Assembly (NCBI GenBank): GCA_045805065.1 | Contig: JBJMMA010000201.1 | Span: 1 to 55,840, forward strand | Direction: 5' to 3' | Length of the DNA: 55,840 bases | Source of the DNA: Bdellovibrionia bacterium | GTDB lineage: Bacteria > Bdellovibrionota > UBA1018 | Part shown: in pieces, positions 47,369 through 55,840 of the stretch | Layout of the letters: every line of letters begins with the position of its first letter | How positions within the stretch are numbered: the first letter of the stretch is position 1 | Translations under genes and position numbers: made by a program | Notes under the pieces: model-generated | What the model saw: the letters and a program-made list of their open reading frames with translations, nothing else | Told to the model about the DNA's origin: nothing | Database searches by the model: none

Positions 47369-49258
47369 TTACCATTGTGAGCGAAGCCAGAACATTCCGA
47401 CCTTGCGCGTTCCCTTTTCCACGCTCGTGGAACCTGGCGTTACTACGTCTTTTTCGTCCGCAAAGACCGAGTTCATTCTATTTTTGCTGACTTCAACGGA
47501 TGCGCCGACTTCGATTGCCTTTGTGATGGCCTTTCTCCAGGTGACGCCCAGGCGTGTTGAGAGAGGGGTGTCATAGAAGGGGTCTTTCGACTTGTTACTT
47601 GTGATCTTGGATGCGTCAGCAACAACGATAAACTCCCCGCGATTTTGGACAGGAATCACTGCTTCAAGTTGAGCGCGAAGGCCGGTTGCTGTGTTCTTTG
47701 TGATGCCTTCCATCGCGTACACGTTTCCTTGCGCGACCAGATAAGCCTGGCTTTCTTTTCCGCTCGTATCGTAAATGACGCTGATCTTGTCATACGCTGT
47801 GCGTAGAGTCGGATGAACGTATTGCGTGGAGTCGGTGGGAACGACATCAATCGTTCGCTCAATTCCGACTTTGACGGGCTCTTTCGTGCTCGCCCATTCG
47901 ATGCCTGGACGGATTTGAAGGGTCGCCATGCCATTTTTGAAGTTCTTGAAATCGATGGTTTTTGCATCCAGGGCAATGCTGCCTGTGACTTGATCGATTC
48001 GTGCGGATCGTTTTTGTTCCACGCCAAAAAAAGCGTTGGAACGGATCTTCTGGTCATTACTCGCAGGGCTAACTGAACTGACAGGATCGGGCGCGCTCAT
48101 CTGCAAAAATCCGCCGTAGATTCTGCTTGAGACGTTCACCTCATCAATCATTCCCATTATTCCCATTATTCCATGAAGCGCAGGGCCCGAGTGATTGACA
48201 TCAGCCACTGAGATTCCAACGGCATCCAGACCGAATTTGCCTTCATCGGCTTTATACTCAGAATGAATAACAAAGCCGTTCATCCGGGCGTGATCCGACA
48301 AATTTTTCTGAAGCCTTAAAGCGACCTGGCTTTCCACATTGCTGGCTTGAACAGAAATCATGGGGGCAGGCTGAGCGCCCGTTACTTTCGAGAGTTGCTG
48401 CTCTACCCAGCGCGCTGTATTGGGAACATAAGCATGAAATGTCCCGGGCTTTGACTCAATATAGGACGCTCCCACAAGGGGAGTCAGCGTTTGATTGGCC
48501 ACATCGACCGCACCTTGGAGCGTCGTCATGCCTGTGTCGATGAGCTGGCTGTAGTTTTGAGAGTAGTACTTCCCAGTGGATGGATCTTTGAAGAAGGACA
48601 CGTAATGGCCTTCGGCAGTCTTTCCCTTATCGTTGGATTTCTGCCAGATGCTTGAATTGAGACCCGCTGATTGGAACCCGAGCGCAGCTGCTGCGCGAGA
48701 CAGATATTCATGAATGCTGCCGCAGATTCCGCCGTTGGTTCCATTGGCGGCGAGATTTTGAAAGGTCGCCTCAAGACTCTGGTTCTTTAAATGGGCATTG
48801 TCGTAGCCTTGTGAAAGAGAGGATCCAAGCATCGAGAGATAGAGGAGCCTCTCATCGGTCGACATGGACTTGCCCTGCTGCTTCAGAATAGACATCGCCT
48901 GGTCGAAACTGCCTGCCGGAGATATCGAGATCGCGCTCATAGACGTATAACCTGCCGGGCGTCCGCTTGTGACGTTCCAGAGGTCATAGACTTTAGCGTA
49001 GGCGCCTAGAGATAACTCAGGGGCCACGCTGGTTGCCCTCACCATTCCGTCTTGCTTGATGGCGGTGAATTTGAAAGTCGCATCAATGGCATGTGCCTGG
49101 GAGTCTTTTGATTCGAGAGTTTGAATCACCTTTTTGACTTCTGGACCTGCGGGATCTGGGGCTCCAGGCTGAACAGGATCGCAAGGCTTGTCAGCTGCAA
49201 GCGCAGCCGGGATCATCGCAAATCCAACCAAGACTTTGAGCGCTGACTTTTTCTTCAT
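47369..49258 (-). CDS. Secreted protein with a putative transglutaminase-like domain and a C-terminal beta-barrel-like region
   Basis: Signal peptide from ATG 49258 (GAGGAG SD); GGICGSIH, EGHYV, YYSQNY; amphipathic strands ending FWLRSQW. Confidence 0.6.
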   Translation of the reverse strand: MKKKSALKVLVGFAMIPAALAADKPCDPVQPGAPDPAGPEVKKVIQTLESKDSQAHAIDATFKFTAIKQDGMVRATSVAPELSLGAYAKVYDLWNVTSGRPAGYTSMSAISISPAGSFDQAMSILKQQGKSMSTDERLLYLSMLGSSLSQGYDNAHLKNQSLEATFQNLAANGTNGGICGSIHEYLSRAAAALGFQSAGLNSSIWQKSNDKGKTAEGHYVSFFKDPSTGKYYSQNYSQLIDTGMTTLQGAVDVANQTLTPLVGASYIESKPGTFHAYVPNTARWVEQQLSKVTGAQPAPMISVQASNVESQVALRLQKNLSDHARMNGFVIHSEYKADEGKFGLDAVGISVADVNHSGPALHGIMGIMGMIDEVNVSSRIYGGFLQMSAPDPVSSVSPASNDQKIRSNAFFGVEQKRSARIDQVTGSIALDAKTIDFKNFKNGMATLQIRPGIEWASTKEPVKVGIERTIDVVPTDSTQYVHPTLRTAYDKISVIYDTSGKESQAYLVAQGNVYAMEGITKNTATGLRAQLEAVIPVQNRGEFIVVADASKITSNKSKDPFYDTPLSTRLGVTWRKAITKAIEVGASVEVSKNRMNSVFADEKDVVTPGSTSVEKGTRKVGMFWLRSQW

Positions 49259-49398
49259 CGTTAGTCTCCTCGCGAATTCACGGGCTTTTACCAGTTTAAG
49301 GGGTGGTAGGGATTCCAGCCAGACTAAAAAGGCCGGATGCGTTTTACGCACCCGGCCTCCCCAATAGTCATACTTTAAACAAAACGAGTTGAATCAGC

Positions 49399-50673
49399 TT
49401 ACTTCTGGCTGATCGAATCCGTTTCGAAGTTGCTGGTATAGTTGTCGTTGTACCAATGGCTTCCCTTGCGGGCCACGCTGAAAACGACCTTGGACTTCGT
49501 CTTGCTTTGAAGCGGAATTGCAATCGCGGTCTCAGTCTGAGTGACTGGAACAACGACGTCGGTTCCTGGCTTGTAAGAACCCAGGCAAACCGAGAAGAAG
49601 TTCATCTTGCAAGTATGGACGTTGTACTTGAGAACGAGCTGATCGCGTCCATCGCCCATGTACTGCTGATTGACTTTAAGTCCGAATACGCCTTCGTTTC
49701 CTTGACGTTGGAACACGCCTGCACGGACCGCGTTTCTTGGCAAATCAACCAGAATGCGCTGAACGCCCGTCGCACGGACCTGAGCCATGCCATGGGTCTG
49801 TTCCACGGACACGTTGTAACGATTGAATGGGCCGATTTCGGCGCTGACATCTCCGCTATCATGTCCAACACTGATCGTTGCCGTATCGGTTTCGAAAGAC
49901 TGGAGATCGGAGCCGCTGACGTCGACCGAGACATTGCGTCTCATGGAGTCAATGACACGCGTATAGGTCTTGTCCTGATACTTCGTGCATGGATAAGCGA
50001 CCAATCCTGGAGTGTAAATGGTGCAGGAATATTGATAGGTCGTGCAGGAGGAGACATCATATCCGAGATTCGTGACGTTCTCGGCTTTGTACTTCACAAG
50101 CACTTGATACGAGATATCTTTACCGATCACGCCGCTGTTGACTGCGCTTTGGATCTCGTTCGAGAACGCGTCCCAGGAGCGGGGCTTGCGGTTAAAGAAG
50201 TTCGCTGCAATCAATTTCTCAGCCGAAGATTTTCCAATGCCTTTGATGGCGTCCGCCAGTGCGTCAGCTTTTTGGGATTTAGGAGCACTGTAGTAAGCGT
50301 CCCATGCTTCGCTCTTTCCTGAACCAGCAGGAGAACAATGATATCCTTCGCAGTATCCAGGTTGCTCATTGTATCCGTCGCGATAGCAGGTGTCTTGATA
50401 AGGAACGGACTCGGTCCATTCTTTGATCTGCTGGATTTCGGCCGTGAAAGTTTCATGAATTCCGTTTTGGCCCACGATGTATTGCTTTTCAGCCTTGGTC
50501 CAATAGACCCGAGGCTCAGAAGCAGGCATGCGATCGCCTTCCTTGAGATTCACTTTTTGACTCAAAGGGCGTGGCTCGACGGTATGAACGGATGAGCAGG
50601 ATACGCTGATCACGGCAAGGGCCGTGCTCGCAAGAAGTACTGCGCTAGACAGCAAAGGACTCGATGTTCTCAC
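49399..50673 (-). CDS. Cys-rich lipoprotein with a helix-hairpin-helix motif
   Basis: Hydrophobic signal ending ISVSC; LADAIKGIGKSSAEKLI matches HhH. Confidence 0.72.
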   Translation of the reverse strand: MRTSSPLLSSAVLLASTALAVISVSCSSVHTVEPRPLSQKVNLKEGDRMPASEPRVYWTKAEKQYIVGQNGIHETFTAEIQQIKEWTESVPYQDTCYRDGYNEQPGYCEGYHCSPAGSGKSEAWDAYYSAPKSQKADALADAIKGIGKSSAEKLIAANFFNRKPRSWDAFSNEIQSAVNSGVIGKDISYQVLVKYKAENVTNLGYDVSSCTTYQYSCTIYTPGLVAYPCTKYQDKTYTRVIDSMRRNVSVDVSGSDLQSFETDTATISVGHDSGDVSAEIGPFNRYNVSVEQTHGMAQVRATGVQRILVDLPRNAVRAGVFQRQGNEGVFGLKVNQQYMGDGRDQLVLKYNVHTCKMNFFSVCLGSYKPGTDVVVPVTQTETAIAIPLQSKTKSKVVFSVARKGSHWYNDNYTSNFETDSISQK

Positions 50674-50787
50674 TAAATTTTCCTCCTGAAAATTCGGTCT
50701 AAACAGCTGAATGAGTTAATGTGTGAAAACAAGGATAAGGAAAAGAGGGGTGATTCGCTACCTCGTTTTTCGTCAATCCGATGGCGC

Positions 50788-50818
50788 TTGACCTTCCCAC
50801 TGTGGGAAGCTTTAAGGT
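50788..50818 (+). promoter_or_regulatory. CueR/MerR-type copper-responsive promoter
   Basis: TTGACC, 19-bp spacer, TAAGGT; dyad CTTCCCAC-T-GTGGGAAG in the spacer, the E. coli copA promoter architecture. Confidence 0.85.
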
Positions 50819-50824
50819 GGAACT

Positions 50825-52072
50825 ATGACGAAAAAGATTTCTCGTAGAGGATTTATTTCAGCCGCGAGCGCGGGGGGAGCAGCCCTTGGAGCGGGAATGC
50901 TGTTAGGCAAGCCCGAAGTGGCCTGGGCAAAAGATACTCATGCTGCAGTTCCTGCTGGTTGGTCAAACGCGTTCCAGCCAGCCTCTACAACACCTCGCTA
51001 TGCGCCTCGTCAAGCTCCCAAGCCAGGCGAAAAAGTGCATGAGTTTGACATTGAGCTGAATGTCTCGGTTCATGAAATCGTGCCGAGCGTGAAGATGCAC
51101 GCCTTCACTTACAACGGCACTTATCCTGGACCTGAGATCCGGGTTCCCGAAGGCGATTGGGTACTTGTCAATTTCACCAATCGGACTTCGGAGTTTCATA
51201 CCATCCACTGGCATGGAATCATCTTAGCCAATGAGATGGACGGCGTTCCGAACGGCACTCAATGGGGCGTAGGCCCCAATCAGACGTTCAAGTATCTCTT
51301 TCGTGCGCAGCCGGCGGGCACTCACTTTTACCACTGCCACAACATGACTAATCTTCATGTGCAGGCTGGAATGTTTGGAGCGCTGATCATTGAGCCTCGT
51401 GAACCAAAGGAGGACATTGTTCAGCGCGTGTTTCCTTATAAGCGCGAGTACACGCTGCTTTTGAGTGAAGTCGATACTGTTATGGTTGAGCAGCAGATGG
51501 AAAGAATGTTGCGTGAGATGGGAACCATGGAAAAGATGAACCAATCGCCCACGCTCATGAAAGAGATGAACGGGAAGATGATGGGCTGGTTCATCAATAA
51601 GCAGGCTTTTGTGGACGCCGTGAAGTCTGGCTACACGCCTCCTTATGCATCCGCCCAGGCAGGTCGAAGCCCGCTTCCCAATTTCAATTACTTCATGATC
51701 AATGGGAAGTCTTATCCCATGACGGATGAGATGATGATTCGATCCGGAGAAAATATCCGGGTGAGACTCATTGGTGCCGGAGCGATGCCTCATTATATGC
51801 ATCTTCACGGCCATGATTTCTGGCACGTCTGTCAGGACGGATCACCTTTGCAATCACCAGTGAGGCTGAACACGGTACCAGTCTTCCCGGGCAGCACAAC
51901 GGATATCATTATTCAGGGAACCAATCCCGGCATGTGGCACTTTCATGATCATAGCGATCTTGCCAGTACCAATAATGGAGTGTTCCCTGGTGGCATGATG
52001 ACCATGCTCATGTATGAGGACGCCGCCGAGCATGGCGTAAAGGTTCCGGAGATTGTGCAGGTGAGCTCTTGA
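50825..52072 (+). CDS. Tat-exported two-domain multicopper oxidase with a Met-rich insert
   Basis: SRRGFI Tat signal; HTIHWHG, HCH...H....M in domain 1; HYMHLHG, HFHDH in domain 2. Confidence 0.9.
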   Translation: MTKKISRRGFISAASAGGAALGAGMLLGKPEVAWAKDTHAAVPAGWSNAFQPASTTPRYAPRQAPKPGEKVHEFDIELNVSVHEIVPSVKMHAFTYNGTYPGPEIRVPEGDWVLVNFTNRTSEFHTIHWHGIILANEMDGVPNGTQWGVGPNQTFKYLFRAQPAGTHFYHCHNMTNLHVQAGMFGALIIEPREPKEDIVQRVFPYKREYTLLLSEVDTVMVEQQMERMLREMGTMEKMNQSPTLMKEMNGKMMGWFINKQAFVDAVKSGYTPPYASAQAGRSPLPNFNYFMINGKSYPMTDEMMIRSGENIRVRLIGAGAMPHYMHLHGHDFWHVCQDGSPLQSPVRLNTVPVFPGSTTDIIIQGTNPGMWHFHDHSDLASTNNGVFPGGMMTMLMYEDAAEHGVKVPEIVQVSS

Positions 52073-53280
52073 AAAAGCCTGTTAGAAATCTACTTACGTT
52101 GTTCGCGGCTACTCTGAGCTCAACAGGGTGGGCCTTTCAAGCGCAACCTGTTCCTGTGCCTGAAGATCAGAGCACGGCGCCACAAATCGATATCGCAGCT
52201 GTGGGCACTGCGACTCTTAATTTGGGAAGAACCGGATCTACCGGAAAAACTGAAGGTGGAATCAACTTCAGCGACTCGGCCGTTCAGTTAGGCGGGGCAG
52301 AGCGACTATTCAATCAAGGGATCGGAAGCGCGGTCTTTGGCGGAATGACGAATGAGGAATCCATTCAAGGCGGGGGAAACTCGCTTTTTCTTCACCAGAC
52401 TCTTGTGGATTATCAGGAACAGTCCTTTGAGGCTCTACTGGGACGATCGGATAATCCAACGGCGCACTTGATCGATTTTCCAACGCTTCGAGGCGATGAT
52501 CTGATCACATTGACCAATCCGTTGGATCCTTTTTCAAATGGAACGAACGTCGAAGAGCATCGCTATTCAAACGTGGCCTCGGTGACGTTCAATCAGAAAC
52601 TTCGTTATTTCGAGAATTTCCATGCTCAGCATCTCATCAATAGCGCAGGACTTGGAAGCCCATCAGGTCTCAATTCTTTTGGAGCGACTTTTGAGTACAG
52701 AGTTGACGTGGGCCAGGAGATGTTTCAAAGGGTGCCATACTGGGGGGTGGGCTATGAGCACATTACACTCGCGAACAATTCGCCAGGTGGCCTGAACCAA
52801 GCCTATGCGGGGATGGTGCTCAATCTCAACGAGAGCGTGACGAATCGCTGGGATCTCAGGCTTCAGGATATTGTGAGCCTGGGAAGCGACTTGCGTTCGT
52901 TCGCAAACATCACGGACTCTTTTCAAGGTAACTCAAACGCGATTTCAGGATCGATTCGCTATCTGCATAGTCCGTTCGGAAGTGCGGGATACCAGCTTGC
53001 GTTGACTCTGGGACAAAAGAAATACTTCCGAGTCAGTAATGCGAGCAGTTGGGGTGGCGCTCTGACGGGTGTGAAAACGCTGGGACAGGGTTTTGACGTG
53101 GTCGTTCAATACCAGGGACAATGGCGGGGTCAGGCTTTAGCTTCCGCGCAATCCAGCGGCATCGCTTATGAGCAGGTTGCCGAGGCGGGGCTGATGTTCA
53201 ACTTTGATGCTGTGATCAATCAGCATCTGAGTCCGCGTCGGTCCATTCTCAATCAACAGCATCAATATATTCCCAGGTAA
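52069..53280 (+). CDS. Putative outer-membrane beta-barrel protein
   Basis: Signal peptide, alternating aromatic/hydrophobic strands; TTGA overlap with the MCO stop. Confidence 0.6.
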   Translation: MKKPVRNLLTLFAATLSSTGWAFQAQPVPVPEDQSTAPQIDIAAVGTATLNLGRTGSTGKTEGGINFSDSAVQLGGAERLFNQGIGSAVFGGMTNEESIQGGGNSLFLHQTLVDYQEQSFEALLGRSDNPTAHLIDFPTLRGDDLITLTNPLDPFSNGTNVEEHRYSNVASVTFNQKLRYFENFHAQHLINSAGLGSPSGLNSFGATFEYRVDVGQEMFQRVPYWGVGYEHITLANNSPGGLNQAYAGMVLNLNESVTNRWDLRLQDIVSLGSDLRSFANITDSFQGNSNAISGSIRYLHSPFGSAGYQLALTLGQKKYFRVSNASSWGGALTGVKTLGQGFDVVVQYQGQWRGQALASAQSSGIAYEQVAEAGLMFNFDAVINQHLSPRRSILNQQHQYIPR

Positions 53281-53287
53281 CTCTCTT

Positions 53288-53887
53288 ATGACCAAAAAAG
53301 CACGGATCATCATCGGCGCGATTGCTGGGCTAGGCCTGATCTCAATGACTGCTCACTCTGCCGAAGAAGGCATGCCACGCATGCCCAAGATTGCTCCAAA
53401 GAAATCCTATACAGTGCAGTCTATTGAGCAAGGCAAGACCCTTCTTGAGGAACGAGGCTATGGAGATCAAGAACCCATGGTTCGCATGATGAACCTCATG
53501 ATGGTCGGAGGATCTGGCTATGAAGGAATGGACATGCAGAATGTTTCAGAAGCGGCTGCTCCCAAAGTCCCATCTCCTGCGGAGGGACAGACCGCGAGCT
53601 TTGACGTTCAAAGCAAGCTCACTCCCGACCCGGCGCGGGTAGGTGCAAACACTTTGGAGATCGAGATTCATCAGAAAAACGGCGGTACTCCGGTAAAGGG
53701 CCTGAAAATTCGAGCTCAGGTTTATATGACAAGCATGGATATGGGAACCGAAGAGCCTGCAGTGAAGGAAACCGCGCCGGGCAAGTACCAGGTTAAAGTT
53801 GCTTTCCCGATGGCAGGCCCTTGGGCTGTTAAGTTGCTGCTTCCAGAAGGCGGCGAAAAAGTTCTGCCCTTCGATGTGAAGCACTAG
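53288..53887 (+). CDS. YtkA/FixH-like exported Met-rich protein
   Basis: P.P.RVG.N, MTSMDMG, PGKY...FPMAGPW; N-terminal MVRMMNLMM..GMDM. Confidence 0.8.
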   Translation: MTKKARIIIGAIAGLGLISMTAHSAEEGMPRMPKIAPKKSYTVQSIEQGKTLLEERGYGDQEPMVRMMNLMMVGGSGYEGMDMQNVSEAAAPKVPSPAEGQTASFDVQSKLTPDPARVGANTLEIEIHQKNGGTPVKGLKIRAQVYMTSMDMGTEEPAVKETAPGKYQVKVAFPMAGPWAVKLLLPEGGEKVLPFDVKH

Positions 53888-53920
53888 CGGGCGAAGTACC
53901 AGACTTGCAATGTAACGTGC

Positions 53921-55150
53921 ATGTCGTTCTTACGGTCTTCACGCGAAGAACTGCTTTTGCATTGCACTAAAACCAGCGAAGTTCTGGCTTCATCCTTGGA
54001 CTATGGTGAGACTCTTCGCAATGTGACCAAGTGGCTAACTCCTGTATTGGGACATTGGCTCATCATTGACCTCTACGACCCAGTTTTCGACGTCGTACGA
54101 AGAATCTCTGTTACGCATGTGGATCCCGCTAAAAGGTCGATCGCCTCAGAGTTTCAACGCATTCCTCCAACTGAGCGCAAAGATGTGCGAATAGGTCCAC
54201 GCCACATCATCGCCAGCCGTCGGCCAGAGATAGATAGTGACATCACGCCAAGCAAGCTTCGTGATATGGGAGCGAGTGAGCACCAGGTCGAACTTGTTCA
54301 AAAGCTAGGAGCCGCGTCGGTTCTTTGCATTCCTTTAATGGCTCGAAACAGGCCTTTAGGAGTTCTCTCTTGGGTAAGCTCAGATCCACAGAGGCAACAT
54401 GACAAGACTGATCTTGAATTCGCGATGGAGATGGGGCGCATCGCTGCTGCTCACATCGACAACTCGCGGCTTTATTGGGAAGTGCGACGAGGTTTGGAGA
54501 TGCGTGACCATATCTTGCGAATCGTTGCTCATGATCTGAGAAACCCTCTTTCCGCAATCAAGCTCAATGCTGATCTACTTAAAAGAAAGAAAGAGCAGTC
54601 AGGCGTAAGTTCTCCAGTCGTAAACCGAGTTTCGCAATCCCTTCACTCGGCCTCGGATCGAATGAACGAACTCATTCAGGATGTCATCTCTTTTCGGGAG
54701 ACTCCGCGAACCACAGAGGCATCCCTCGAGCTCAGTCCTACGGATTTTGATGATCTCGTCGAAAGAAGCGTTCACTTTCTTCGACCGCTTTGCGAAAAAC
54801 GAAAAATTGAGATCAAAACAGAACTTCATGCGCAGACGGAGTTCCTCCTAGATGAGGATAAACTCCAGACGGCAATCTCTTTATTGCTCGAAAATGCGCT
54901 CTTTTCAGTCCTTCCCGGGAGTTCGATCGTGGTCTCTACGTTTCAGAAAGAGCACGTGATCTCATTAGACGTTTACGCGAAAGGCGCCATGACAGAGCCT
55001 CTATCGAGCGAAGCGGGCTTGCCTACGGCACGCGACGTCTTTGACATGCACGGGGGCGCTTTAAAAGTGGAGAGAAATGAACGGCACATCACTTTCAAAA
55101 TGGAGCTTCCCTCGGATCTCAAGTTGTCCACCTCAAATCGTGCCGCCTGA
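53921..55150 (+). CDS. GAF-domain histidine kinase with a degenerate ATPase domain
   Basis: GAF (LCIPLMAR...GVL), AHDLRNPL, LLENA; G1/F/G2 boxes eroded. Confidence 0.8.
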   Translation: MSFLRSSREELLLHCTKTSEVLASSLDYGETLRNVTKWLTPVLGHWLIIDLYDPVFDVVRRISVTHVDPAKRSIASEFQRIPPTERKDVRIGPRHIIASRRPEIDSDITPSKLRDMGASEHQVELVQKLGAASVLCIPLMARNRPLGVLSWVSSDPQRQHDKTDLEFAMEMGRIAAAHIDNSRLYWEVRRGLEMRDHILRIVAHDLRNPLSAIKLNADLLKRKKEQSGVSSPVVNRVSQSLHSASDRMNELIQDVISFRETPRTTEASLELSPTDFDDLVERSVHFLRPLCEKRKIEIKTELHAQTEFLLDEDKLQTAISLLLENALFSVLPGSSIVVSTFQKEHVISLDVYAKGAMTEPLSSEAGLPTARDVFDMHGGALKVERNERHITFKMELPSDLKLSTSNRAA

Positions 55151-55204
55151 TTGTCAACGCTGAGGAATTGACCTGTAGCAGTGGTACTGTTATCAATCGG
55201 AGGC

Positions 55205-55840
55205 TTGAGATCGCTCGTTTTGATTTTCCTCATCTTCATGACCGTGATGAGCGCGACCATCCGTCGTGCTGATGCGTACATTGATGAAACCCGCGCCGAA
55301 ACCGTTTTGATCTCGCCTTATAAGCCGACTTATTTCCTTCTAGGATCTCTCGATACGAAGGTTGAGCTCAGCTTCAAGGGTCAGCTCGTGGAGAAGGTGC
55401 CCGTATTTTTCGGGTACACACAGCTGATGTTCTGGGACCTGTTCAAAACTTCAGCTCCTTTCAGTGATATCAACTATAACCCTGAGGTCTTTTACCGCGT
55501 TTATGCTTTTCCCGAGCACACCCAGTGGATTGACATCGGGATGTTTGAGCACGAGTCCAATGGAAAAGGCGGAGAGGATTCGCGCTCCTGGAACAGGACT
55601 TATCTACGTTACAGTGATACGTGGAGAATCGGTGAGCGGGGTCAAATTTTTACAACGATCAAAGCTTGGGTTCCCTATGCACTCTCTGAAAATCCAGAGA
55701 TTGCAAGGTACCGCGGACTTGCCGAATTCACTGTCTCGTTCTCTGGATTCCTAGGCCGGTTTTTTGATCGTGATGATATGATCTTTCGTTTTTACTTGGG
55801 CGGTTCGACTTATTTCAATCCACTTCAAGGCGGACAAGAG
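55205..55840 (+). CDS. pldA: Outer-membrane phospholipase A (partial, runs off the window; start uncertain)
   Basis: Manual translation: SPYKPTYF, FGYTQLMFW, SAPFSDINYNPE, catalytic EHESNG..G..SRSWNR. Confidence 0.88.
   Translation, partial: MRSLVLIFLIFMTVMSATIRRADAYIDETRAETVLISPYKPTYFLLGSLDTKVELSFKGQLVEKVPVFFGYTQLMFWDLFKTSAPFSDINYNPEVFYRVYAFPEHTQWIDIGMFEHESNGKGGEDSRSWNRTYLRYSDTWRIGERGQIFTTIKAWVPYALSENPEIARYRGLAEFTVSFSGFLGRFFDRDDMIFRFYLGGSTYFNPLQGGQE

Noticed and set aside
48149-48172. Short 9-bp tandem repeat (ATTCCCATT) encoding GIMGIMGM
   Set aside because: In-frame micro-duplication; too short to interpret.
49456-50322. 288-aa plus-strand ORF
   Set aside because: Antisense shadow of the HhH lipoprotein gene.
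55168-55197. Second CueR-like promoter (TTGACCT...) before pldA
   Set aside because: No CueR dyad and no -10 at 19-bp spacing.

Overview
Chromosomal bacterial window with roughly balanced GC and no RNA genes, CRISPR arrays or mobile elements visible. The short flagellin, fused ccoNO and many secreted hypothetical proteins suggest a Bdellovibrionota-like organism (inference). In order it holds: a flagellin with a structured leader; secreted hypotheticals; a GDT1/UPF0016 pseudogene; a ugpCAEB-glpQ glycerophosphodiester uptake operon; a DUF2844-DUF3443 pair; two tandem RND pumps; yciI-pfkB-ldhA; and a large low-oxygen island. That island contains an NtrC-type activator, a USP, a NifL/Aer-like PAS kinase cascade, an eRF1-like small protein, a cbb3 oxidase operon, a heme-TPR protein and a heme-c/hemerythrin chemoreceptor. 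Further on are a DnaA-box cluster, two unusual secreted proteins, a three-gene copper operon behind a CueR-type promoter, and a partial pldA. The strongest observation is an apparently self-contained sigma54 hypoxia regulon. Four transcription units in the island have -24/-12 promoters and share an upstream 17-bp palindrome, TGRGACA-N3-TGTCYCA, with no FNR box. All family calls come from motif recognition by eye; no searches were run.
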